Shown piece by piece: positions 1 through 10,084 of a DNA stretch of 62,525 nt (position 1 is the first letter of the stretch; each line of letters begins with the position of its first letter). A program made the position numbers and the translations under genes. Below the pieces are notes generated by a model that saw only the letters and a list, made by a program, of their open reading frames with translations, made no database searches and had not been told where the DNA came from. Origin of the DNA: a virus (Duplodnaviria; Caudoviricetes); IMG/VR virus record IMGVR_UViG_3300032224_000950, positions 1 through 62,525 of that record; one strand, written 5' to 3'.

Positions 1-1370
1 ACTTCTTAGTGTATGACAGTGCTGTTAGCAACACAGGTGGAACTACTGGTGGTTGGAGAAACGTAAGTATTCCAACAGGTGATGTTAATACAACATTCAA
101 TGCAGGCGCTGGTACATTAACAACAGCTATCCAATCTGGTGTAATCGTTAATAGTATGGTCAGTGCTAGTGCGGCGATTGCACAAAGTAAATTGTCAATG
201 ACTGCGGCCAGCACCCGTGCTAATGCCACTGGTATCACACAAACTGATCTAGGTCTAGCAAGTTTTAGTAATACACAGTTTACAGCATCAAGTGGCTGGA
301 TCACTTTACAGACTTCAACTAATACAACTACTGGCGTTACATATAATAAGATTCAATATGTAAGCGCGGGTACTATACTTGGTAATAGAACAGGTTCTGC
401 GGCTGCGCCGAGCGAAATGACTCCTGTACAAGTAGTAACAGATGGTAACGGTGTAAGCAATGCTCCGTTTACAACAGCCGGAGCAATGACTGTTGTGACA
501 AGCGGTGATAGTACATTTAACTCTGTAACTAACACAGGCGGTGCAAATACTTACACAGTAACGCCAGTTTCAGTTGCTAACGCGGTAAGCAGTATTGTTA
601 AGAGTTCAACAGATAAGAGCGTTGACGTTGGCAGTTTAAAAATTGCAACATACAGTACATTAACTATTACTGGTGGTACAACATTAAATATAACGACTCC
701 TGGAGCACAAACAATATTAACTGCTAGCGGTACTAATGCAAGTAACGCAGTTATTACCACTACAGGTACACTTGATACTAGCACAGGTACATTAAAAGTA
801 ACAGCAATTACTACAGGTGCACCGTCGACTGCTGGTACTATTACCGGTCAGTGGGCTGTACAAGCAAGTAGTCAAATTGATTTTAGTTTAGGAACATTAA
901 AATCAACAACGCTTACAACAGGTGCAGATGCTACTAGCGGTACTATCCAAGGTACATGGTCATTAACCGGAGCAAGTAAATTCCAAGCTACCTATGCTGA
1001 CTTAGCTGAATTCTATGAAGGTGATCAAGAATACGAACCGGGCACAGTATTAGTGTTCGGTGGTGATAAAGAAGTTACTTTAACAAATATATTTGGTGAT
1101 GCACGTCTAGCAGGTATTGTAACGACTGATCCAGCATATGTCATGAACAAGGATCAGACGGGTATTGCTGTATGTCTAGCACTAGCAGGTCGTGTTCCAT
1201 GTCGGGTAGTCGGTCGTGTTAAGAAAGGCGACTTGTTAACAACAAGTGCAACTCCCGGATGCGCAGTTAAAGCAACAGATCCGAAACTAGGTAGCATTAT
1301 TGGTAAAGCCATAGAGGATAAAGACTACGATAGTGTAGGGGTTATCGAAGTGGCGGTAGGGAGATCATAA
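1..1370 (+). CDS. Tail fibre/spike protein, 5'-truncated by window; C-terminal intramolecular-chaperone (Peptidase G2/S74-like) domain
   Basis: Frame is open from the window edge; Thr/Ser/Gly-rich beta-type repeats; C-terminal YADLAEFY...GTVL...LAGRVPCRV domain, also present in 56301..57776. Confidence 0.75.
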   Translation, partial: FLVYDSAVSNTGGTTGGWRNVSIPTGDVNTTFNAGAGTLTTAIQSGVIVNSMVSASAAIAQSKLSMTAASTRANATGITQTDLGLASFSNTQFTASSGWITLQTSTNTTTGVTYNKIQYVSAGTILGNRTGSAAAPSEMTPVQVVTDGNGVSNAPFTTAGAMTVVTSGDSTFNSVTNTGGANTYTVTPVSVANAVSSIVKSSTDKSVDVGSLKIATYSTLTITGGTTLNITTPGAQTILTASGTNASNAVITTTGTLDTSTGTLKVTAITTGAPSTAGTITGQWAVQASSQIDFSLGTLKSTTLTTGADATSGTIQGTWSLTGASKFQATYADLAEFYEGDQEYEPGTVLVFGGDKEVTLTNIFGDARLAGIVTTDPAYVMNKDQTGIAVCLALAGRVPCRVVGRVKKGDLLTTSATPGCAVKATDPKLGSIIGKAIEDKDYDSVGVIEVAVGRS

Positions 1371-2209
1371 TGGCACGTTTAAATATAAACATCGGGCAGT
1401 CGGCGAACGACAAGAACGGCGATCCGTTGCGCACAGCTTTTGAAAAAGTCAATGCTAACTTTACTGAATTGTATGCTGGGGGCGCAAGTGAGACACAGTT
1501 GACCAATGGTGCATATACACTTGCCCTTGGATCAACTGGTGTGCTAACGTTTCCTAATAATTATACATTTACTGGACAGACCCTAACAGACACTTCAGGA
1601 ACTACAAACTATTCACTAAAAATTGCCAATGGAACTACCGGTTCAATATTTGCCGTTGGTACTGGTACTGATGCATATGGTGTTGCTAATGATTCCTTGA
1701 ATCATCTCGGTACAGGATATGTTCCTTACAACGCAACAGCCAGCATTATGAGTTTCAACGTGCCTGGATATGCTGGCAGTTTAACTATAAATGGTGCCGG
1801 AGTTGTCACTGTGCCAAACGGATTTGTTATTAGCGGAACTGGTAACTTAACATTCCCAGACGCCACAGTACAGACCACAGCGTATACCGGGACAAGTATT
1901 ACTAGAAGTGCAGGATCAATTGCAGGTGCAGGCACAGTTACTTTAAATTATAGCACTGATAGACTAGTCCGGGCCACAGCCGCAGGCAGTACTTTAACCA
2001 TAGCACATAGTAATATTGCCGCAGGTAAGGTAGTAGATTTAGTGATATCAAATACCAGCGGTTCGACTTGTATAGTTACATACGGTGTTGGGACCGGCAA
2101 CACCGTCAATGGTAGTGCAACTACTGCTGTAGGAGCTGGTACTACCCGTGTATTCACTTGCAGAAGTTTTGGAACAACAACCACTGACGTGTATGTCACA
2201 ATAGTCTAA
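1370..2209 (+). CDS. Baseplate/tail-fibre-associated structural protein with T4 gp9/gp10-like N-terminus
   Basis: N-terminal INIGQSANDKNGDPLRTAFEKVNANF motif; T/G-rich body. Confidence 0.7.
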   Translation: MARLNINIGQSANDKNGDPLRTAFEKVNANFTELYAGGASETQLTNGAYTLALGSTGVLTFPNNYTFTGQTLTDTSGTTNYSLKIANGTTGSIFAVGTGTDAYGVANDSLNHLGTGYVPYNATASIMSFNVPGYAGSLTINGAGVVTVPNGFVISGTGNLTFPDATVQTTAYTGTSITRSAGSIAGAGTVTLNYSTDRLVRATAAGSTLTIAHSNIAAGKVVDLVISNTSGSTCIVTYGVGTGNTVNGSATTAVGAGTTRVFTCRSFGTTTTDVYVTIV

Positions 2210-2214
2210 TACGG

Positions 2215-2220
2215 TAAATA
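2215..2220 (+). promoter_or_regulatory. Putative T4-type late promoter core (TAAATA)
   Basis: TAAATA 19 nt upstream of ATG 2240; the same motif recurs at a similar distance before many structural genes. Confidence 0.55.
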
Positions 2221-2239
2221 TTAAGAGAGAGCAAACATT

Positions 2240-4141
2240 ATGGCAATTCAAACAATTAATTTAGGTAACTATGCAAATGATGGCACTGGTGACGATCTCA
2301 GAGTCGCATTTACCAAAGTTAATGCAAACTTTGCTGCCTTAGACAGCGCGGCAGCGATCGTAAATGGGGTTAATCTCGGTAGTGGTGCTGTAATTTTTGC
2401 ACAAAAAGATTCTACTAATTTACAATTTAAAACACTAACAAGTACCAATAGCTCAGTAGCATTTTCTAGTACCGATACTACAGTTAATTTAACAGCTCGT
2501 ACTAAATTACAAGACGATATTTCCCCTACATTAGGTGCTAATTTAAATCTCAACAATCACTATGTATACGGTGGAGATATCCAAAGCACAGTATATGGTT
2601 ATAGTGTACCGGCATCTGCAATGTTACATTCGTTACTTGTTGAATCGAATAATTTAAATGTTGACTTAGGATCATTTTTAACCCCGACAGGATATGAAAC
2701 AGATGGCCTAGCTGGTCGTAAAGGTTACTTATTAGACTATGGATTATTTTCCGATGCTCAGATTAATGATGAATTAAATTTTGGAACATTCAACGATCAT
2801 ACAGTAGGTGGTATCGGTCAAATAACCCTAGCCGGAAATTTAACTACTACCGGTGCTTATAATTTAACCTTAGCTACTACTGCGAACACTAGCCTAACAC
2901 TACCAACTAGCGGAACATTGACTACTACTGCCAACAATCTTAGTGCGTTTGCCGCCACTACTAGCGCACAACTAGCTAGTGTTATCAGTGATGCAACTGG
3001 TACTGGTAATTTAGTATTTTCGATCAATCCAACGATTAGCGGAGCATCGTTAACTAATGGTGCTACAATATCAAGTGGTAGTTTAACATTCTCAGGGGCT
3101 ATTTCTGCACCAGCCTGGACTACTTCAGGAATTAGACACGTATCAAATCCAAACATATTAACTGATACAACTAGTACAGGTACAGTAGCCAATGCATATA
3201 CTAACAGCTTTGGTGGTAATACTATTGCCGCAACCAATGCTACGACATATACCAATTATGCAACTATGTTTGTTAATAGTCCGACAGCAGGTACTAATGT
3301 AACATTTACAAATACATGGAGTATTATCACAGCTGGTAATATTCTGTTACGTGGGAGCACAATAGATGGTCCAGCTAGCACCACAGCATTCCCTTCAGCA
3401 ACTACATTAAGCATCGGTGCTAGCAGTGGAACATTGACTATTGGCAATGCTACTATTACCGCTACTAATGCCACAGCATTAAATTTGAATGGCACAAGTC
3501 CTGCTATTGTTACAAGTGATACTGGAACTGTCGCAGTATTCAACACAAATGCCCTAACTGGTAACTTGTTTGGTGCAGCCACAAGCGTTACAATTGGCGC
3601 GGCAAGCGGAACATTAAACTTACGCAATGCTACAATCACTGCCGCTAATGCTACTGCATTAAATTTAAATGGTGCAAGTCCCGGTATTGCAACATCAAGT
3701 ACTGGCACAGCAAGTGTATTCAACACAAATGCCCTAACTGGTAACTTGTTTGGTGCGGCAACTACTATAAGCATTGGCAATGCGTCTGGTACTACAACTA
3801 TCGCTGGCAGAACTTCTACAACTAACCTAAGCCGTAGTGGATTAGAAATCGTAGTTCCAAACTATATTACTGTTAGTTCAACAACGACCTATGCGTTAAG
3901 CACAACCGTTACTGAGAATATTTTATTAGTTACAGCAGGTGCGTTGACTGCAACATTAACATTCCCAAGTGCATCACTAATTGATGGACAACGATTACGA
4001 TTTACAGTTACAACAAATACAGTAACACTTGCATTGACCGCAGGTCCGACTCTAGTTGGAACATTTGCTGGCTCAGTAACTGCTCCAACAACATTTACCT
4101 ACGTTTACAGAACCAGCAACACTACATGGTACAGAATTTAA
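2240..4141 (+). CDS. Tail fibre/baseplate protein with gp9/gp10-like N-terminus and an internal 60-aa duplication
   Basis: INLGNYANDGTGDDLRVAFTKVNANF motif; T/S/G/A-rich; tandem repeat. Confidence 0.7.
   Translation: MAIQTINLGNYANDGTGDDLRVAFTKVNANFAALDSAAAIVNGVNLGSGAVIFAQKDSTNLQFKTLTSTNSSVAFSSTDTTVNLTARTKLQDDISPTLGANLNLNNHYVYGGDIQSTVYGYSVPASAMLHSLLVESNNLNVDLGSFLTPTGYETDGLAGRKGYLLDYGLFSDAQINDELNFGTFNDHTVGGIGQITLAGNLTTTGAYNLTLATTANTSLTLPTSGTLTTTANNLSAFAATTSAQLASVISDATGTGNLVFSINPTISGASLTNGATISSGSLTFSGAISAPAWTTSGIRHVSNPNILTDTTSTGTVANAYTNSFGGNTIAATNATTYTNYATMFVNSPTAGTNVTFTNTWSIITAGNILLRGSTIDGPASTTAFPSATTLSIGASSGTLTIGNATITATNATALNLNGTSPAIVTSDTGTVAVFNTNALTGNLFGAATSVTIGAASGTLNLRNATITAANATALNLNGASPGIATSSTGTASVFNTNALTGNLFGAATTISIGNASGTTTIAGRTSTTNLSRSGLEIVVPNYITVSSTTTYALSTTVTENILLVTAGALTATLTFPSASLIDGQRLRFTVTTNTVTLALTAGPTLVGTFAGSVTAPTTFTYVYRTSNTTWYRI
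3406..3790 (+). repeat. 180-bp-period tandem duplication within the fibre gene
   Basis: 41 identical bp at 3536-3576 and 3716-3756; protein repeat ...ATALNLNG.SP.I.TS.TGT..VFNTNALTGNLFGAAT. Confidence 0.9.
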
Positions 4142-4163
4142 TTAACCTAAGGGAATTGGTACA

Positions 4164-6749
4164 ATGGCTTTAAATGTTTGGAATCAACCGTCAGGTTACA
4201 GCTTTGGTACATTTCCAGAAGCAGTTAGTCTCACGCTTGCACTACCACTAGTACCGTCCCCAGGCGCTATTACTCTAAAAGTTATATCAGGTTCATTACC
4301 TCCAGGTCTACGTATTAAAGGAAATACAATTACAGGTGCACCTAATATTGTTAATGATACTAGAACATTTTCATTTTGCATAAGAGCGGGTAACGGATCT
4401 AGCGTTTCTGATAGAACTTTTTATATGAATATCACCGCCAACAATCTTCCAACATTCCTAACACCCCCAGGTGAATTGGCTTTTGGAACACAGTTATATG
4501 CGCTAGATCAAACTTATATTAATTATCAATTAGAAGCGTTTGATTTAGGAACTGCTGTAGGACAAACATTAAATTATTCAATTGCATCAGGAGATGGCGA
4601 ATTACCTCCCGGATTAACATTAAGCGACAACGGTATCATATCTGGATTTATCAAACCAGTACTTCGAATTAACGTGTTTGACGGAAGTGGAACATACGAC
4701 GATACATTTTTCGATGCTGTTGCTTATGATTTCGCCTCATTACCGACTAATGGATATGATAGTTATATCTATGATAATGTATTTTATGATTACAGTCTGG
4801 CTGAAAAAAGACCAACTAGTCTAAGTAGAAATTTTCAATTTAAAGTTACACTAACTGATGGGTACTTGTATTCACAGCGAACATTTAGAATATTTGTTAT
4901 TGGTGATGATACATTTAGAGCTGACAGTACTGTATTAGATGGTCTTGCAGGAACATTCACTGCTGACGCTACCTTCTTAAGACAACCAGCTTTTAAAACT
5001 CCGAATAATTTAGGATCATATAGAGCGAACAACTATTTGACTATTCCTATCGAACTATATGAATCAAGTAATGTGATCCTAAGATTAGAAGCTACTAATG
5101 AAGAAATATTTGCTAATACTTCACAAGTATCATTAACTGATAATATCAGAGGCGGAAACAAACTTACTATTAAAAATACTAGTGGGACTCCTATTGTTAA
5201 TCAATGGTTAACTTTTTCAAATTATTATGACCCAGCTGAAGGCATAAATTATCAAATTACCGCAGTTCAAAGTTTAGGTAATGGCAATTATAGATTAACT
5301 CTGAATCAGAATTTAACTGTAAACGTACCAGATAACATTGCATTTTACATTGGAACACTTAGTATATTACCGCCCGGTTTAAACTTTGATGTTAATACAG
5401 GTGACCTTTATGGCAACGCACCTTATCAACCTGCAATTACAAAATCATATAAATTTACTATAACTGCTGTAAGATTTAGTGACAATAATGAACATGTAAA
5501 TTCATCAAGAACATTTACAATTAGTCTTATCGGAGACATCGATAGTGTTATTAAATTTAAAACATTAAACAATCTAGGATCAATTCCTGCAGAATATAAT
5601 AGTGATTTAAGAATCGAAGCCACAAGTACAGTTACAGGTGCGCAGGTTATATATACATTAATAGGTGGAAAACTTCCGCCAGGCTTAACATTAAATCTCG
5701 ACGGAGAATTAATAGGTCGTGTAAATCAATTTTATTCAGCTGCCAAGGGCGGCGGATTGATTACTATTGATAACGGTAATACGACATTTGACGGTGGCAC
5801 TACTAGTTTAGATCGAAGCTATACCTTTACAGTACAAGCACAAGATCAATATAATTATAGTGCAGTAACTAAAACCTTTACAGTAAAAATCATCACTCCG
5901 AATACTTACAGTTATAGTAACATTCGTGTACAACCGTATTTAAAATCTGATCAACGATCTTCTTGGCAAGCATTTATTAATGACAATAATATTTTTACTC
6001 CAGAAAGCATTTATAGAACGAATGATCCAAACTTTGGAATACAAAGCAATCTTAGTATGATTGTATATGCCGGTATACAAACCCAGGAGGCATCTGCATA
6101 TGTAGGAGCTATGGGGTTAAACCATAAGAAAAAACGTTTTGTATGGAGCGGGATTCATAAAGCTGTTGCTATTAACCCGATAACTAAAAAACCAGTTTAT
6201 GAAGTAATTTATGTTAAGATGGTAGATCCGATGGAACCAAATGGTGAGCATCTTCCAATTAAAGTATTTTTGTCTAGACTCGGTGTTGCAACAGAAAAAA
6301 TAACAACAGATAGCAGTACAAACTTTTGGTCTAGAAGTTTAGGAAATTTAGGAGCTGATGTGCCAACAAATCATCGCCCGGAACCAATTGTCACTGTAGA
6401 CAGCACAGGTTACCAAATAAGCAATCCTAATCCAGGAAATTACTATCCTAACAGCATTACTAATTGGCAAAGTAGATTAGAAAATGTCGGTGCTAGTGAG
6501 CGTAACTATTTGCCTCTTTGGATGCGTAGTATACAAGCTGGCGCGAAAGAAGAATTAGGATACACATTAGCTGTACCTCTATGCTACTGTAAAATTGGTA
6601 CAGCCGATACTATACTTTTAAACATAAAATACAGTAACTTTGACTTTAAAAATCTAGATTATACCGTAGATCGATACATAATAGATTCTGTCACTGGTTA
6701 CACAAGCGATAAATATCTAGTATTCAGAAACGATAGGATAACCGTATGA
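4164..6749 (+). CDS. Virion structural protein with repeated putative Ig-like (He_PIG-type) domains, probably baseplate wedge
   Basis: Four LPPGL repeats, mostly followed by G-x-(I/L)-x-G and F-T-(I/V)-x-A; located in the tail module. Confidence 0.65.
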   Translation: MALNVWNQPSGYSFGTFPEAVSLTLALPLVPSPGAITLKVISGSLPPGLRIKGNTITGAPNIVNDTRTFSFCIRAGNGSSVSDRTFYMNITANNLPTFLTPPGELAFGTQLYALDQTYINYQLEAFDLGTAVGQTLNYSIASGDGELPPGLTLSDNGIISGFIKPVLRINVFDGSGTYDDTFFDAVAYDFASLPTNGYDSYIYDNVFYDYSLAEKRPTSLSRNFQFKVTLTDGYLYSQRTFRIFVIGDDTFRADSTVLDGLAGTFTADATFLRQPAFKTPNNLGSYRANNYLTIPIELYESSNVILRLEATNEEIFANTSQVSLTDNIRGGNKLTIKNTSGTPIVNQWLTFSNYYDPAEGINYQITAVQSLGNGNYRLTLNQNLTVNVPDNIAFYIGTLSILPPGLNFDVNTGDLYGNAPYQPAITKSYKFTITAVRFSDNNEHVNSSRTFTISLIGDIDSVIKFKTLNNLGSIPAEYNSDLRIEATSTVTGAQVIYTLIGGKLPPGLTLNLDGELIGRVNQFYSAAKGGGLITIDNGNTTFDGGTTSLDRSYTFTVQAQDQYNYSAVTKTFTVKIITPNTYSYSNIRVQPYLKSDQRSSWQAFINDNNIFTPESIYRTNDPNFGIQSNLSMIVYAGIQTQEASAYVGAMGLNHKKKRFVWSGIHKAVAINPITKKPVYEVIYVKMVDPMEPNGEHLPIKVFLSRLGVATEKITTDSSTNFWSRSLGNLGADVPTNHRPEPIVTVDSTGYQISNPNPGNYYPNSITNWQSRLENVGASERNYLPLWMRSIQAGAKEELGYTLAVPLCYCKIGTADTILLNIKYSNFDFKNLDYTVDRYIIDSVTGYTSDKYLVFRNDRITV
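6710..6715 (+). promoter_or_regulatory. Putative late promoter core (TAAATA)
   Basis: GATAAATA 30 nt upstream of ATG 6746. Confidence 0.45.
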
Positions 6750-7843
6750 GCAATATAAACTATGCATCTATTAGCACAACATACCCAGTAGCGGGTGTTG
6801 ATAATGACAGTCAAGGATTCCGTGATAATTTCACGGCGATATCAGCTGGACTTGCTGTAGCAAAAACAGAACTTACAGATCTTCAAACAAAAGCTGTTTT
6901 AAAACAAGCGTTAACTGGCGGAACCTTAGATAATAATATGCTAGGTAGTACAACATATAACGGATTATACTATCAATTTAATGGTGTTTATTTTGATGGT
7001 GGAACTGTTCCAACTAGTGCAAACATTGACTTAAACAACGGTCCTGTACAAAAATTTAATTTAAGTGGTACACCTACATTAACATTTACAAATTGGCCGA
7101 CTTCGGGACAATCAGGTTGTGTTAGGGTACAATTTTCAAGTGATCAAAACGGAGTACGTTACCCTGTTCTTGCAACTAGTAATGCTGGAACCATACGCTA
7201 TGACACAAGTTTCCCGACTAATCCTGTAACTTCGTCAAAAGGATTCGTAATAGGCGGAGAAAGTGTAACTACTGTTACTGTTACTAACCCAGGTTCGGGA
7301 TATACTACTGCCGCTGGTATTTCATTTACAGGCGGTAGTCCTATTACTGGTGGATTTGTTCCAACTGCAACACTTTCATATACCGTAGTTTCAGCTACTA
7401 TCTCAGGAGGAACTGCTGGAACAGGTTATGCAGTTGGTGATGTATTAGGAATTACTGCAAATAGCGGAGTTGTACTTACTGTAGCAAGTATTTCAGGTGG
7501 TGGTGCAACTGGTCCTATTGTAACAGTTTCAGTATCAAGTGGTGGTACATGGACACTACCCGTTACATATGTTGCTAATACATTTCCTATTAGTAGTGCC
7601 GCAGGAACTGGTGCTAGGCTAGTTCTAGTATTCGGTATTGGTGCTGTTAATCTTACCGGTAACGGAGATGGTTATACTACCACTCCTCCAGGAGTTACTA
7701 TAACTTCACCGGGCGGTGGTGGCACAACTGCACTAGCAAGTTGCACATTGTCTACTAACACATCAACCCGTATTAGAGTTATCGAAGCATGGTCTAATAA
7801 CGGTGGTGCTGATGTCTATATTCGATATTTGGGTGAATACTAA
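6746..7843 (+). CDS. Virion structural protein
   Basis: YPVAGVDNDSQGFRDNF N-terminus; repeated G-S/T-GY motifs; tail-module context. Confidence 0.6.
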   Translation: MSNINYASISTTYPVAGVDNDSQGFRDNFTAISAGLAVAKTELTDLQTKAVLKQALTGGTLDNNMLGSTTYNGLYYQFNGVYFDGGTVPTSANIDLNNGPVQKFNLSGTPTLTFTNWPTSGQSGCVRVQFSSDQNGVRYPVLATSNAGTIRYDTSFPTNPVTSSKGFVIGGESVTTVTVTNPGSGYTTAAGISFTGGSPITGGFVPTATLSYTVVSATISGGTAGTGYAVGDVLGITANSGVVLTVASISGGGATGPIVTVSVSSGGTWTLPVTYVANTFPISSAAGTGARLVLVFGIGAVNLTGNGDGYTTTPPGVTITSPGGGGTTALASCTLSTNTSTRIRVIEAWSNNGGADVYIRYLGEY

Positions 7844-8073
7844 TGCATCCTTTAGTTGGTGATATTTCCGATTTAAAGGATTCTGAAATAGAAAGTAAGG
7901 TTTCTGACCTTACTAAAAAATATTTTATAACTAGCAATCCTGGGATTAAAGCTCAAATTGCGGCTGTGTTAGAAACTTATAAAAGCGAAATTAGTCGTCG
8001 ACGAGCAGTTGAATGGCAAAAAATGATGGAAACTCGAGATAAAACTCTTGACAAACTTATTAATATAAGTTAA
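7843..8073 (+). CDS. Hypothetical small helical protein
   Basis: Translationally coupled (TAATG) to the upstream gene. Confidence 0.7.
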   Translation: MHPLVGDISDLKDSEIESKVSDLTKKYFITSNPGIKAQIAAVLETYKSEISRRRAVEWQKMMETRDKTLDKLINIS

Positions 8074-8076
8074 ACT
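8048..8076 (+). promoter_or_regulatory. Sigma70-type promoter
   Basis: TTGACA(8048)-17 bp-TAAACT(8071); spacer is an inverted repeat, AACTTAT-taat-ATAAGTT. Confidence 0.65.
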
Positions 8077-8082
8077 TAGGCA

Positions 8083-8595
8083 ATGCGCCTAGACAAATAT
8101 TCTAATCCGATTTTAAACGAAACTGATCTTTTTGAAGCCTTATATAAAGGTTATGAATTTTCTGCCGATGATACATTACTAATCGAACAACGTAATGACA
8201 CTATCAAACAATTAGAAGCACAGCTAGGTTTTAAATTCTTAGAACCGTACGAAACTCATTTTGATATAATAAACTATGATCAGGCTTGTCAAAGTAATTG
8301 GAATATGCCAGACGAATACAAAACGCTGGATATAGAAACATGGTTATTTGAACAAATTCCTCCTTGGGATCCGGAACATACTAGAGTATCAGAAGAATTG
8401 GCGGAATTTAAAGAACGAAATATGATAGATTTATTGCGGTGGCTCAAATATTTCGTAGATACTTGTACAAAAGAAGGGGTTGTTTGGGGCATTGGACGAG
8501 GATCGAGTGTTGCTAGTTATGTATTATTTTTAATAGGTGTACATAGTGTAAACAGTATCAAATATAATTTAGACTGGCGGGAATTCCTGAGATAA
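8083..8595 (+). CDS. Stand-alone fragment of DNA polymerase III alpha (DnaE-like)
   Basis: RVSEEL...GVVWGIGRGSSVASYVLFLIGVHSVNSIKYNLDWREFL matches DnaE RL..EL...VGPGRGS.AGSLV.Y.LGIT.IDP..Y.L.FERFL; ends before the PDIDxD catalytic motif. Confidence 0.75.
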   Translation: MRLDKYSNPILNETDLFEALYKGYEFSADDTLLIEQRNDTIKQLEAQLGFKFLEPYETHFDIINYDQACQSNWNMPDEYKTLDIETWLFEQIPPWDPEHTRVSEELAEFKERNMIDLLRWLKYFVDTCTKEGVVWGIGRGSSVASYVLFLIGVHSVNSIKYNLDWREFLR

Positions 8596-8621
8596 GTAGT
8601 ATTATAATCGAGGAGATTAAT

Positions 8622-8945
8622 ATGGCAATGAAAGAACAACAAAGACAAGTATATCGTTCGATGAACGGCAAAGAAGTTGATATGAATCGACTTATCAATA
8701 TTAACGAACTAACTCCAGCAGTTGGGAATATGCGTGTAAATGCACGTGGTGACGAATTAGGTGCAGGCGGTCAAATTATTCGAAAACGTGAAGAAATTTT
8801 GGCTGCGGCAGTACCTGAAAATCCAATACCGGATCAAATTAATGTTAGGCCGGCACCAGTTGACACCCAAACTCCTTCTACATCAAAACCGACTACCGTA
8901 GCTGTTAAGAACGTAGCTAATCAGGATCCAGAAGGAAAAGAATAA
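8622..8945 (+). CDS. Hypothetical protein
   Basis: GAGGAG RBS; TAAGTA at 8593 is a possible late-promoter variant. Confidence 0.7.
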   Translation: MAMKEQQRQVYRSMNGKEVDMNRLININELTPAVGNMRVNARGDELGAGGQIIRKREEILAAAVPENPIPDQINVRPAPVDTQTPSTSKPTTVAVKNVANQDPEGKE

Positions 8946-9361
8946 TGGATTTAAAAGGCATTGGACATTCGGGTATTAAGCCCGCAGTAACAGGTAAACT
9001 TATTCCTCTACACAAAAATGTATTTGTTACTGATATGAACTTTGATGAACAAGTATCAAAAGGTGGAATTATTATCCCCGGTGATGATGGAAAGACTGAG
9101 GGTATTAAACCTCGATGGGCTCGTGTGTTTGCAATAGGCCCAGAGCAAGAAGATGTCAAAGTAGGGCAATGGATTCTTATAGAACATGGTCGGTGGACTC
9201 GGGCAATTAATTATGTTGAAGCTGACGGAACACAACGTAAGATATTTAGAGTAGACATTGATTGCATGTTAATGGTATCTGATGAAGAACCCAAAGAACT
9301 ATCATTTGGGCTATCATCAATCGATCTAAGTCCGCCCGAATATGATTTTACTCCACAATAA
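8945..9361 (+). CDS. groES: GroES/Cpn10-like co-chaperonin
   Basis: LIPLHKNVFV...SKGGIIIP...VFAIGP...VKVGQ pattern of Cpn10. Confidence 0.8.
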   Translation: MDLKGIGHSGIKPAVTGKLIPLHKNVFVTDMNFDEQVSKGGIIIPGDDGKTEGIKPRWARVFAIGPEQEDVKVGQWILIEHGRWTRAINYVEADGTQRKIFRVDIDCMLMVSDEEPKELSFGLSSIDLSPPEYDFTPQ

Positions 9362-9376
9362 ATAAACCGTTTGAGC

Positions 9377-9406
9377 AACAGGGCCATTGACAGGCCCTGT
9401 TTTCTT
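9377..9406 (+). terminator. Intrinsic terminator with a -35 box in its loop
   Basis: AACAGGGCC-attgaca-GGCCCTGTT followed by a T-rich tract. Confidence 0.7.
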
Positions 9407-9415
9407 CTATATACT
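9387..9415 (+). promoter_or_regulatory. Sigma70-type promoter
   Basis: TTGACA(9387)-17 bp-TATACT(9410). Confidence 0.75.
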
Positions 9416-9434
9416 ATACGAAAGGAGATCTCGA

Positions 9435-9575
9435 ATGTTTTGGATTAATCTAATAATAACGATTATTACAGCAAGTTTTACATACCAAGAATACAACAAA
9501 GGACGTATTAGTTGGGCTATTTTTTGGGCCTTCTTATTCGGATGGGACCTCCATACAGTATTAATAACTTTATAA
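9435..9575 (+). CDS. Small membrane protein (46 aa)
   Basis: AAGGAG RBS before ATG 9435; two hydrophobic segments. Confidence 0.6.
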   Translation: MFWINLIITIITASFTYQEYNKGRISWAIFWAFLFGWDLHTVLITL

Positions 9576-9584
9576 GGAAAAATT

Positions 9585-9842
9585 ATGAGTACGCACAGTG
9601 AAGCATTAGAAGATATTAAAAAAGCAAAAGATGCATTAGATTCAGTTAGTTCTACAAAAGAAGCTAGCTATCCGGATCCTACTAAACACAAATACATTAG
9701 CTTTATCAAAAGCGGATTTAGAATCGTAGCCGGATTGGCGCTTGCAGGTGGCGGCTGGCTAGAAATGAATCCGTATTTACAAGGCGCAGGTCTATTGCTA
9801 GTATTGGCAGAAATACTAGGTATCGCTGAGGAATTAGTGTAA
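9585..9842 (+). CDS. Hypothetical membrane protein
   Basis: AAGGA RBS; hydrophobic C-terminal half. Confidence 0.7.
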   Translation: MSTHSEALEDIKKAKDALDSVSSTKEASYPDPTKHKYISFIKSGFRIVAGLALAGGGWLEMNPYLQGAGLLLVLAEILGIAEELV

Positions 9843-10084
9843 TGGATATGGATCAAGCGGCCGTATTCCTAGCCGGTAGTATATTAACAATGCTAGGATT
9901 TGTTATAGTTGTTGCTGGGTTTGTTGTCATCAACAACATCATACACAAATATTGGAAGCCTGTCAAAATATTTACACCAGATAGTTGGTCAATGATTAAT
10001 CCTCCTTTAAAGTTTGTTAATCAGGATGAGTTAGATCGTGTTGCACCTAAATTAGAAGCATTAGATAAAAAGGAAGTTAAATGA
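9842..10084 (+). CDS. Hypothetical membrane protein
   Basis: Coupled start; single N-terminal TM segment. Confidence 0.65.
   Translation: MDMDQAAVFLAGSILTMLGFVIVVAGFVVINNIIHKYWKPVKIFTPDSWSMINPPLKFVNQDELDRVAPKLEALDKKEVK

Noticed and set aside
985-1370. Similarity to 56301-56660 in inverted orientation as a DGR or invertible tail-tip system
   Set aside because: Similarity is at protein level with many synonymous differences; no adenine-specific pattern, reverse transcriptase or invertase seen
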